The notes below the pieces were generated by a model. That model saw only the letters and a program-made list of their open reading frames with translations, searched no databases and had not been told where the DNA came from. The position numbers and the translations under genes were made by a program. Positions 47,677 to 56,372 of a stretch of DNA of 64,000 nt are shown piece after piece. Each line of letters starts with the position of its first letter. Positions within the stretch are counted from its first letter, which is position 1. Source of the stretch: an uncultured Anaerolineaceae bacterium (GTDB lineage Bacteria; Chloroflexota; Anaerolineae; Aggregatilineales; Phototrophicaceae); NCBI GenBank assembly GCA_964556745.1, contig CAZKXW010000007.1:21028-85027 (forward strand). The letters are read 5' to 3'.

Positions 47677-48876
47677 TCAGTGTAAACCTTGTGATGAGTG
47701 GTTGGGCACAATCGGCGCGGGCAGGGTTTTCCCAGACTGCAAACGCCAGCCATGATCGGTCAGCAGGCCAGCATCATGCAGGATGGCACGGATGATTTGC
47801 AGGCTGCTGGTTCCATCGCCATATGGGTTGCGGACGCTGGACATGCGCTGGTAATGATCCGGTTCCTCGATGAGGCGGATGGTTTCGCGCACGATGCGGT
47901 CGGCATCGCACCCGACCAGTTTGGCCGCGCCCGCCTCGACGACTTCCTGACGTTCGGTGACTTCGCGCAGGATCAGGATCGGCTTGTGGAGGCTGGGAGC
48001 CTCTTCCTGGATGCCTCCCGAGTCGGTCATGACCAGATATGAACGGTCGATCAGTTTGACCATCGTCCGGTAGTTGACCGGATCGGTCAGGGTGATATTG
48101 GGAATACCACCGAGGATCTCATAGGCCGGGCCGCGCACATTCGGGTTGTAATGCACCGGGAACACGAAGTGGGTCGAATCCTGATAGCGGTCGGCCAGGG
48201 TACGTAAGGCCGAGCAGACGTTCAGGAAGGGTTCGCCAAAGTTCTCGCGCCGGTGGGACGTGACCAGGATCACACGTTTGCCATCCAGCACCGCCGAGAC
48301 CTCATGCAGTGGTTCGTTGTGGACGCGCTGCGCTGTCATCAGGAGGGCGTCGATGACCGTGTTGCCCGTGACCAGGATGTGATCCGGGTTGACTCCCTCC
48401 CGGAGCAGATTCATGCGAGTCTGCTCGGTAGGCGTGAAGTAGAGATCGCTCATCAGATCGGTAATGCGGCGGTTGACTTCCTCGGGGAAGGGCTGGCGGC
48501 GGTCATGCGTCCGCAGCCCCGCTTCGATGTGCCCCAGCTTGACATTGTGGTAGAAGGCCACCAACCCGGCAGCCATGGCCGAAGTCGTATCGCCCTGCAC
48601 CAGCACCCAGTCCGGTTTGGCTTCGGTCATCACCTGATCCAGGCCGGTGATGAGGGTCGCCGTCAGCCCGGAAAGGGTTTGGTTGGGCTTCATCACGTTC
48701 AAATCATAATCGGGCTTGATATCGAATATTTCAAGAACCTGATCGAGCATTTCACGGTGCTGGCCGGTCACGCAAACCACCGGTTGCAGCCATTCTCGGT
48801 ACTCTTCAATCGCCTTGACGACCGGGGACATCTTGATCGCTTCAGGCCGCGTCCCAATCACCACCATCACTTTCAT
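47677..48876 (-). CDS. wecB: UDP-N-acetylglucosamine 2-epimerase (non-hydrolysing)
   Basis: GTRPEAIK, TGQHREML, QGDT, HIEAGLR, HRREN and TDSGGIQEEA. Confidence 0.96.
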   Translation of the reverse strand: MKVMVVIGTRPEAIKMSPVVKAIEEYREWLQPVVCVTGQHREMLDQVLEIFDIKPDYDLNVMKPNQTLSGLTATLITGLDQVMTEAKPDWVLVQGDTTSAMAAGLVAFYHNVKLGHIEAGLRTHDRRQPFPEEVNRRITDLMSDLYFTPTEQTRMNLLREGVNPDHILVTGNTVIDALLMTAQRVHNEPLHEVSAVLDGKRVILVTSHRRENFGEPFLNVCSALRTLADRYQDSTHFVFPVHYNPNVRGPAYEILGGIPNITLTDPVNYRTMVKLIDRSYLVMTDSGGIQEEAPSLHKPILILREVTERQEVVEAGAAKLVGCDADRIVRETIRLIEEPDHYQRMSSVRNPYGDGTSSLQIIRAILHDAGLLTDHGWRLQSGKTLPAPIVPNHSSQGLH

Positions 48877-49060
48877 CACTTGGATTGATCTCCACCACCT
48901 ATTTTCGTTATGTTCAATTGTTAATGACTGCGCCTTGCAATTGCCTTTCGCTTGGTTTGATGTCACGTAAATAATCCAAACAGTCCATTTCATACTACGC
49001 TCATGCAGAGATCCGGCGCGTTATAATCAGCCGGGATTGAATCCGAAAGCAGAGGTATTC

Positions 49061-49762
49061 ATGATGGGACGCATCGCGCTGGTGACAGGGGCAAACCGGG
49101 GAATCGGCACGGAGATTTGCCGGCAGTTAGGGCAGTTGGGCATGACGGTCATCCTGACCGCCCGCGACTCGTTCAAAGGCGAAGCGGCGGCTGAGCGGCT
49201 CCGCGCCCAGGGGTTGGATATCCACTTCCAGCATCTTGATGTGCGGGAGCAGGCCAACGTCGAAGAAGCACGAGCGCGGGTGCTGCGTCAGTTCGGGCGG
49301 CTGGACGTGCTGGTGAACAACGCCGCCATTCTGCTCGACGAAGGCGTGCGCTTCCTGGACATTTCCTACGAGCTGCTCCAGACCACCTTCATCGTCAACA
49401 CCTTCGGTCCATTCCTGACCTGCAAGGCTTTCATCCCCACTATGCGGGAAAACTGCTACGGCCGCATCGTCAACATCTCCTCGGAATATGGCCAGATGGC
49501 CCAGCAGACTTCTGATACCAGCGCCTACAAGCTCTCGAAGCTGGCACTCAACGGCATGACCCGCATCCTAGCCGAGGAACTGGTCGGGACAAACATCAAG
49601 GTCAATAGCATGTGCCCCGGTTGGGTGCGTACGGAGATGGGTGGCCCCCACGCCGACCTGAGTGTCGAACAAGGCGCCGATACCGCCGTCTGGCTGGCGA
49701 CGCTGCCGGATGATGGGCCAAGCGGGGGTTTCTTCCAGAGGCGCGAACCGCTGGCCTGGTGA
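49061..49762 (+). CDS. short-chain dehydrogenase/reductase (carbonyl reductase-like)
   Basis: TGANRGIG, NNAA, YKLSK and PGWVRTEMGG. Confidence 0.92.
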   Translation: MMGRIALVTGANRGIGTEICRQLGQLGMTVILTARDSFKGEAAAERLRAQGLDIHFQHLDVREQANVEEARARVLRQFGRLDVLVNNAAILLDEGVRFLDISYELLQTTFIVNTFGPFLTCKAFIPTMRENCYGRIVNISSEYGQMAQQTSDTSAYKLSKLALNGMTRILAEELVGTNIKVNSMCPGWVRTEMGGPHADLSVEQGADTAVWLATLPDDGPSGGFFQRREPLAW

Positions 49763-49874
49763 TGGCCATATCGATGTTTTCGCCATTGCAGGCAGCGGTG
49801 TCTGGGTTTCAACGCGCAGGGAGACTGCGCCCCTTCTCTCTGGAGAAGGGGCTGGGGAATGAACAGGGCTGCTG

Positions 49875-50564
49875 CTAGATATGGCGGATGACCGACAGCA
49901 CCTTGCCCTGAATCTGGCACACCCGCGGATCGACATAGATCGGTTCCATGTGGGGGTGGGCGGGCTGGAGGCGGATGCGTCCGGCTTCTTGATAGAAATA
50001 CTTCAGGGTGGTTTCGCTACGGTCGGTCAGCCAGATGGCGACCATCTCACCATTCCGGGCAGTGTTCTGCTTGCGGAGGATGACGACATCGCCTTCGCGG
50101 ATCATCGCGTCCACCATCGAGTCGCCTTTGACGCGCAGGGCATAGGCGTTGTTCGGGTCAGAACCGCGCAGCATATCCTCGGTGACTTCCATCAGGCTGT
50201 CTTCGTCGTAGGCATAATCTTCGGGTACGGGGACGGGCTTGCTGGCGAAGATGTTGCCGATCAGCGGGATACGTGGAGCTTCCAGAGCCGCCTGCACCGC
50301 GATTTTGCCATCGCTGCGCGGCTCGGTTCCGGGGACGACCTGCGTCAATTGCAGCCCGCGCGAAACATGCTGCGACCGTTTGAGGTAGCCGGCCTGCACG
50401 AGCTTGTTCAGGTTGTAATTAACGACCGAGGTGGATTTGATGCCTGTGTTTTCTCCGATCTGCCGGATAGTGGGTGGATACCCGTGATTTTCCAGATAAT
50501 CCTGGATATAGCGCAACATATTGCGCTGCCGTTCGGAGAGTTTATTAAAATCCTTCATGGTCAT
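49875..50564 (-). CDS. lexA: SOS repressor LexA
   Basis: Winged HTH GYPPTIRQIG...STSVV; catalytic GDSM and TLK; LQPA. Confidence 0.95.
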   Translation of the reverse strand: MTMKDFNKLSERQRNMLRYIQDYLENHGYPPTIRQIGENTGIKSTSVVNYNLNKLVQAGYLKRSQHVSRGLQLTQVVPGTEPRSDGKIAVQAALEAPRIPLIGNIFASKPVPVPEDYAYDEDSLMEVTEDMLRGSDPNNAYALRVKGDSMVDAMIREGDVVILRKQNTARNGEMVAIWLTDRSETTLKYFYQEAGRIRLQPAHPHMEPIYVDPRVCQIQGKVLSVIRHI

Positions 50565-50585
50565 ATCCTGTTCTTTATCCTGTCG

Positions 50586-50644
50586 CGAATGATTGTTCTA
50601 TTGAGTATAGGCGAACTCCTGTTCGGTTGTCAAATATTTGTTCG
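50586..50644. promoter_or_regulatory. three LexA (SOS) boxes upstream of lexA
   Basis: Perfect CGAAC-tcct-GTTCG at 50612-50625; CGAAT-gatt-GTTCT at 50586-50599; CAAAT-attt-GTTCG at 50631-50644. Confidence 0.85.
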
Positions 50645-50771
50645 ATTCAAAGCAGATTATGCTTGGCGTGAGGGTGAAAACAGGTCTTCGACCGGAATAG
50701 CAAAATAGAACCGAGGGGCGCAATCTCTGCGCCCCTGGCTGGCATGATGGGAGTGTGTTGGCACGGCGTGA

Positions 50772-53700
50772 TTATGAGCCGGGGGTGGGTGTGACGGGGA
50801 GGCCGCCCATCGCCTGGACACGGCGCAGCATCTCGTCGGTGAGAGTCCCGGTAAGGCTCTGGTAAATTTGGTAGTCGGAGAGGGCTTTCTCGAATTCGCC
50901 GAGGCCGTAGTAGAGAGCACCGCGACGGTCGTAGCTGTCGGGACTTTCCGGTTGGATGCGGATAGCCTCGCTGTAGTCGGCTAAGGCAAGATCAAAGGCT
51001 CCCATGGCTTCGTGGGAGCGGCCCCGATTGTAATAAGCATCGGCGAAATCCGGCCGGTTGGCGATGGCTGTCGTGAAATCTTCGATAGCCTGCGGGTAGC
51101 CCTGAGCGCGGAACCACAGCCGCCCCCGCTGATAAAATGCTTCGGCATGGGTCGGATCGATGTCGATGACGCGGTTGTAGCTCTTCATGGCCGATTCCTG
51201 ATCGCCGAGGGCGGAATAGGCGCGTCCCTGATTGTAGAGGGTATCGACGTTATCGGGGTCGGCAGCCAGCACCACAGCGAAGTCGTCCAGCGCCAGCTGC
51301 GGATCGCCGAGGGCGAGGTAGTTGCGTCCACGCTGGTAGTAGGCGTCCAGACGGGTTGGGTCAAGGATGATGGCTTCGGTGAGGTCACGGTTGGAGCTGA
51401 CCAGATCGCCGAGTTCCTGACGGGCGCGGGCGCGGAGGAAATAGGCATCCGCATCCTGAGGGGCGAGGTGGATGGCCTGGCTGAAGTCATCGACGGCAGC
51501 CAGGAGGTTGCCCATATCCTGGTAAATGCGACCGCGCAGCATGAACGAATCGGCATCTTCTGGCTGAATGCGGATGGCGGTTTCCAGGTCAGCCAGCGCC
51601 AGTTCAAAGTCCTGGGTGAGGCGGTAAACGCGGGCACGTTCATAATAGAGACCGGCATCGTTAGGGGCGATTTCGATGGCACTGGCGAGATCGGCCAGTG
51701 CCTCAGGATACCGCTCCAACTGAGCATAGACGCGGGAGCGCTGGTAGAAGACATCCGAGTCAGGCTGGCCGAGGGCGATGGCCTGGGTGAAATCGGCCAG
51801 CGCCGCTTCCAGATCGCCGAGGCCGACCAGGGAACGTCCCCGGTTGTAAAAGGCATTGGCGCGGGCAGGATTGATACGGATCACTTCGCTGAAATCGGCG
51901 ATGGCTTCCTCGAACTGCCCATTAAGGCGGTAGAGGCGTCCACGCTGGTAGATAGCGTCTTCGTAGTTGGGCAGCAAGCGGATGGCGGTGTCAAAGTCTT
52001 CGAGAGCGCCGACGGTATCGGCCAGAGTCACTTTCAGGCGCGCTCGTTCATAGTAAAGTTCGGGGTTGTCCGGCAGGAGATCGATGATGGTATTGAGGTC
52101 GGTCAGCGCCTTCTCGCCTTCGCCCACAGAAGCCCAGGCATTGGCGCGGTAGCGGTAAGCGTCGGTGTATTCGGGGGCCTGGTCGATGACGGCTGTGAAA
52201 TCGGCGATGGCGCCCTCGAAGTCGCCGCTGCTCAGGCGGACCTGTCCCAGCAGCAGCCGGGCATCCATATCCTCAGGCCGACCTTCAACGACCCGCTCGA
52301 AATCGGAGATGGCGGCCGGGAAATTGGCGAGGCGGAAGTAGGCGACGCCGCGATAGAAGAAGCTGTCTTCATCTTCAGGATCGATGCGGATGGCCTCGGT
52401 GTAATCAGTGATGGCTTCCTGGTAGCGTTCCGCCTCAACAAGAGCGCGGCCACGGCGGATGTAGCCCTCGACTCCGCCGGGGTTCAGGCGGATGACTTGG
52501 GTAAAGTCGGCAATGGCGCGGGGCAGATCACCGAGGGATTGCCAGGCACGGCCACGGGCGGTATAGGCGTCTTCGTAGGTGGCGTCGAGGTCAATCGCCT
52601 TCGAGAAGTCATCGATGGCGGCCTGAGTCTGGTTATTGAGCATCTGGGCGCGACCGCGCAGAAAGTAGGCTTCGGGATTATCCGGGTCCAGGTTGATCGC
52701 CAGGGTGTAATCGGAGATGGCTTCGGCGTATTGGTTGGAGTCGGCGTAAATGCGACCACGCACGAGAATGGCATCGATATTCTGAGGATCAAGGTCGAGA
52801 ACAACAGCAAGATCAGCCAATGCGCTGGGAAGATTACCCGTCTGGCGGAGGACGAGGGCACGGCGGTAGTAGGGATCGAAATCCTGTGGATCGATCTCAA
52901 TGGCACGGTTGAAGTCGGCCAGGGCGTCATCAAAGCGCAACAACTGGCGGCGGGCTTCGCCGCGCTGGTAGTAGGCGGTGGCGTTGGCAGGCTGGGCGGT
53001 AATGACGACCGTGAAATCTTCTTCCGCGCCCATCCAGTCGCGGGCGGAGAGGCGCACCAAGCCGCGGTTGAAAACATAGTTGAGGCTGTCGGGATTCAGC
53101 CGTATGGCGGTCGAGAAAGACTCAACCGCGCCGGAGGTATCCAGCAGGATGTTGCGAACGTAGCCGAGATAGGCATAGACAACATCCAGGGACAAAACAG
53201 AAGCGCGGTTCTCGTCGTTGTTGACCGTTCGCAGAGCCGTAGCAAAGAGTGTTTGCGCGCGTTCGTACTGGCGATTGAAAACAGCCAAGATGCCAGTCAT
53301 GACCTGAACAGTATAGAGTCCATCGCTGGTCGAAGTGACGATCATTTCGAAGTTCTCGATATCAAGGTCGAGCTTCAGCTTGGGGGCGATGAGGGGCTGC
53401 GGTTTCTTTTCGGCAGGCGGCAGGATGACGTTGATCCGCAGGATAAAGTCATCTACCCGCGGAAAAACGACCATGGAAGCATTGGTTTGTTCTAGCAAGG
53501 CGCGGCCAACGGAACGATCTGAGATGGGACGCGCCAGCGTGCAGACCGTCCCTGCGCCCGCGCTGGAGAGCGCAGCTTGAATCTGGCGCACCTGATTCAT
53601 GACGGCGCTGCCGGAATCGCCAGCTTCGGAGGCGAGCGGCGCGATGATGAGCAGGATTTCGCCCTCAGAAGCGGGCGGACAGGCGGTCTGGATCAAGGGC

Positions 53701-53867
53701 TGCGGCGTCGGGACGGGTGTGCGCTCGGCAGCCTGCCCGATGCGATGGGAACTGGATGCCGCCTGAACATGAAACCCCGGGGCCATGCTGAATAGCACCA
53801 GGACGATCAGGGCAGCCAGCAGAAGACCGGGGCGAAGATCCCAAGAGCCGTAATTCGTGTTTCTCAT
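50772..53867 (-). CDS. secreted TPR-repeat protein (roughly 22-23 34-aa repeats)
   Basis: Hydrophobic signal ending VQA-A; repeats of AYY.RG......G....AI.DF..AI.L.P over about 780 aa. Confidence 0.9.
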   Translation of the reverse strand: MRNTNYGSWDLRPGLLLAALIVLVLFSMAPGFHVQAASSSHRIGQAAERTPVPTPQPLIQTACPPASEGEILLIIAPLASEAGDSGSAVMNQVRQIQAALSSAGAGTVCTLARPISDRSVGRALLEQTNASMVVFPRVDDFILRINVILPPAEKKPQPLIAPKLKLDLDIENFEMIVTSTSDGLYTVQVMTGILAVFNRQYERAQTLFATALRTVNNDENRASVLSLDVVYAYLGYVRNILLDTSGAVESFSTAIRLNPDSLNYVFNRGLVRLSARDWMGAEEDFTVVITAQPANATAYYQRGEARRQLLRFDDALADFNRAIEIDPQDFDPYYRRALVLRQTGNLPSALADLAVVLDLDPQNIDAILVRGRIYADSNQYAEAISDYTLAINLDPDNPEAYFLRGRAQMLNNQTQAAIDDFSKAIDLDATYEDAYTARGRAWQSLGDLPRAIADFTQVIRLNPGGVEGYIRRGRALVEAERYQEAITDYTEAIRIDPEDEDSFFYRGVAYFRLANFPAAISDFERVVEGRPEDMDARLLLGQVRLSSGDFEGAIADFTAVIDQAPEYTDAYRYRANAWASVGEGEKALTDLNTIIDLLPDNPELYYERARLKVTLADTVGALEDFDTAIRLLPNYEDAIYQRGRLYRLNGQFEEAIADFSEVIRINPARANAFYNRGRSLVGLGDLEAALADFTQAIALGQPDSDVFYQRSRVYAQLERYPEALADLASAIEIAPNDAGLYYERARVYRLTQDFELALADLETAIRIQPEDADSFMLRGRIYQDMGNLLAAVDDFSQAIHLAPQDADAYFLRARARQELGDLVSSNRDLTEAIILDPTRLDAYYQRGRNYLALGDPQLALDDFAVVLAADPDNVDTLYNQGRAYSALGDQESAMKSYNRVIDIDPTHAEAFYQRGRLWFRAQGYPQAIEDFTTAIANRPDFADAYYNRGRSHEAMGAFDLALADYSEAIRIQPESPDSYDRRGALYYGLGEFEKALSDYQIYQSLTGTLTDEMLRRVQAMGGLPVTPTPGS

Positions 53868-53999
53868 GTCCTGCCTGCCTCATTTCGTGACCGGGCTGGA
53901 CGACGCATGTGTCGCCTCTATGCTGCTGTTCTATTTTAATGGAAAATGAGAATCGGATCGCGCCGCGCGCGTCCCTCGGTGTCCAAGGTCAGAAGGCCC

Positions 54000-55097
54000 T
54001 CAGATGTTATGGTCCTGCATGGTGCTGCGGCCGTTAAGCGTGACGTTGGCGGTAGCCGCTCCCATGATGCGGTTAGCGAGAAAGGCATTGCGTTCCTGCT
54101 CGTGACCACGGACGCCAGCCGTCTCATCGATGCCGAACTGGGCGCGGATGTCGCCACGACTGATGACGGTATTATTGGCGACCATGCAGTCGGTTGCGCC
54201 GGAGGTATCGGTATCGTCGAGGATGATTTCGCTGTAGGTATTGTGCTGTTTCTGGCCGTTTTCGCGGACGAGATTGCCGATGACGGTCGTCCGGGCGCCG
54301 CCACGGATGCGAATACCGTTTTGCTGGTTGCGGAGAACAGTATTGTTGAAAAAGGCGTTGTCGTTCACCTCGATGCTGTAGAGGCCATCGCCGCCGTTTT
54401 CGCGCGACAGACTGCCAATCACCTCATTGGAGTGGGAGCCGTTCTGGATGGTGAAGCCGTTGCCCTTGTTTTCGTAGGCGAGGTTCTGGCTGAGGATGCA
54501 GAAGCGCGAATTGGTAACCAGGTTGAAGCCATGACGGTCGTTGTTGAAGGCGATGCAGCCTTTGACGATACTGGTTTGCACACCGTCCAGCGTGAAACCA
54601 TCGAGGCCGTTGTGGTGAGATACACAGTCCACCAGGGTCAGGCGGGTAACGACCTCGTGCGGGTCGAAGCCGTAATCATGGAAGTGATGGGCTTCGACCC
54701 GCAGGCAGGAGATGTCGTAGTCCGATGTGGGCTGGTCGGGGATGACGCCGCAGTAGAAGCCAACCTGTTCGACTTCAGCCTGATTATCACGGTTGCCGTC
54801 GAGGGTCAGGTCACGGACACAGACATTGCGCGTACCACGGCCATAGGGTGTCCGCACGAGGCCGACGATGCGCGTGTTGGTGTTGTCGGCGATCTTGAGG
54901 ACAGTTGTGCCCATGCCGGCCCCGGCCAAGGTGATGCCGTCTGTGAGCAGAATGGACTGTGAGAGAATATAGGTTCCGGACGGGATGAAAACCGTGCCAC
55001 CATCGAAGCTGGCGGCATTGACGGCCAGCTGAACGGCATCGGTATCATCGGTACGGCCATCACCGCGGGCGCCGTAATCCTGAACGTTGAAGATCAT
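54000..55097 (-). CDS. AlgE-type mannuronan C5-epimerase A-module (beta-helix), no signal peptide
   Basis: FNVQDYGARGDG.TDD, GAGMGTT, VRDLTLDGNRDN, YGFDPHE, NGLDGFTLD and NDRHGFN. Confidence 0.85.
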   Translation of the reverse strand: MIFNVQDYGARGDGRTDDTDAVQLAVNAASFDGGTVFIPSGTYILSQSILLTDGITLAGAGMGTTVLKIADNTNTRIVGLVRTPYGRGTRNVCVRDLTLDGNRDNQAEVEQVGFYCGVIPDQPTSDYDISCLRVEAHHFHDYGFDPHEVVTRLTLVDCVSHHNGLDGFTLDGVQTSIVKGCIAFNNDRHGFNLVTNSRFCILSQNLAYENKGNGFTIQNGSHSNEVIGSLSRENGGDGLYSIEVNDNAFFNNTVLRNQQNGIRIRGGARTTVIGNLVRENGQKQHNTYSEIILDDTDTSGATDCMVANNTVISRGDIRAQFGIDETAGVRGHEQERNAFLANRIMGAATANVTLNGRSTMQDHNI

Positions 55098-55124
55098 CGG
55101 GTGATTTCCTCCGCTGTCCGGCGA

Positions 55125-56348
55125 TCAGGCATTCATGGCGCGAATGGCGGTGACATCATTCATGGCGAAGTCGCTGGTGGCTGCACCGCTGACTCGGTTG
55201 GCGACGTAAGCGTTGCCGACCTGCAGAACGTTGCCGTCACCGGGGGTTTCACGAATGCCGTAGCGGGCGCGGACTTCCTTGCTGCTGGTGATGTGGTTGG
55301 ACATGATGGCACAATCCACGGTAGGGATTGCCCCGTCGTCATCGATGAAGATTTCGCTGAAGCGATTGTGTTCGCTCTGAGAGTTGTCGCGTATGCGGTT
55401 GCCAACGACAGTAGTGCGGGCACAACCGCGCAGCCGAATGCCATTCTCCAGATTTTCAGCAATCAGGTTGTTGGAGATGACGTTGTCGTTGACACCAATG
55501 CAGTACATCCCATCGCCCGTGTTCTTGTAGGCCATGCAGCTGGTGATATGGATGTCGAAGGAGCCGTTCTGGATGGTAAATCCGTTGGCGTTATTCTCGT
55601 AGGCGATGTTCTGGTCGAGGATGACATTGCGCGAACCGGTGATGACGTTGAAGCCGTGACGGATGTTGTTGAAGGCAATGCAGCCACGGACGACGCCATT
55701 GATAATACCGTCCACGGCGAAGCCATCGCGGACGTTGTTATGGCTGACGCACTCGATCAGGAAGAGGCGGTCGGTCAATTCGTGCGGGTCGAAGCCGTAC
55801 CCCTGGAAGCTGTGCGTCTCGACGCGCCAGCAGACGATATCCTCATCGGGGGGGCGGACATCGGCTTTGACGCCGGCGAAGAAACCAAATTGCAGGCCAG
55901 AGGACTGGTTGGCGCGGTTGCCGTCCAAGGTGATGTCACTGATGCGAACGTTGGTGAGGGGCTGGTCGCCGCGGGCGATCTGGGTGCGGATGACGCCGAT
56001 GATATCGATGCCGACTTCATCACGGACTTTGAGGGTGGTCGCGCCCATGCCATCGCCGAAGAGGGCAGTGTGGCTGAGCATCTCAATCGAGGCTGAGACC
56101 AGATAGACCCCGGCGGGGACATAAACTGAACCGCCACCGGCAGCGAAAGCCGCGTTGACGGCGGACTGGATGGCGAAGGTATCATCAGTGGCGCCATCGC
56201 CGACCGCGCCGAAGTCCCGCGCGTTGAGGGCCAGGCCGGTGGGGTTGGTTCCGGGCGGCGGCTGCATGGCGGGGCTGAGGCCGAAAGGAAGCGCAGCAGC
56301 CCCAGCCGCCATCGTCTTCAAGAAAGCGCGTCTGTCTATCGATTGCAT
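55125..56348 (-). CDS. AlgE-type mannuronan C5-epimerase A-module with a Tat signal
   Basis: DRRAFLK twin-arginine leader; NARDFGAVGDG.TDD, TLDGNRAN, GYGFDPHE, DGFAVD and RHGFNV. Confidence 0.85.
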   Translation of the reverse strand: MQSIDRRAFLKTMAAGAAALPFGLSPAMQPPPGTNPTGLALNARDFGAVGDGATDDTFAIQSAVNAAFAAGGGSVYVPAGVYLVSASIEMLSHTALFGDGMGATTLKVRDEVGIDIIGVIRTQIARGDQPLTNVRISDITLDGNRANQSSGLQFGFFAGVKADVRPPDEDIVCWRVETHSFQGYGFDPHELTDRLFLIECVSHNNVRDGFAVDGIINGVVRGCIAFNNIRHGFNVITGSRNVILDQNIAYENNANGFTIQNGSFDIHITSCMAYKNTGDGMYCIGVNDNVISNNLIAENLENGIRLRGCARTTVVGNRIRDNSQSEHNRFSEIFIDDDGAIPTVDCAIMSNHITSSKEVRARYGIRETPGDGNVLQVGNAYVANRVSGAATSDFAMNDVTAIRAMNA

Positions 56349-56372
56349 CGGCAAACTGATCCTCGAATTGAA

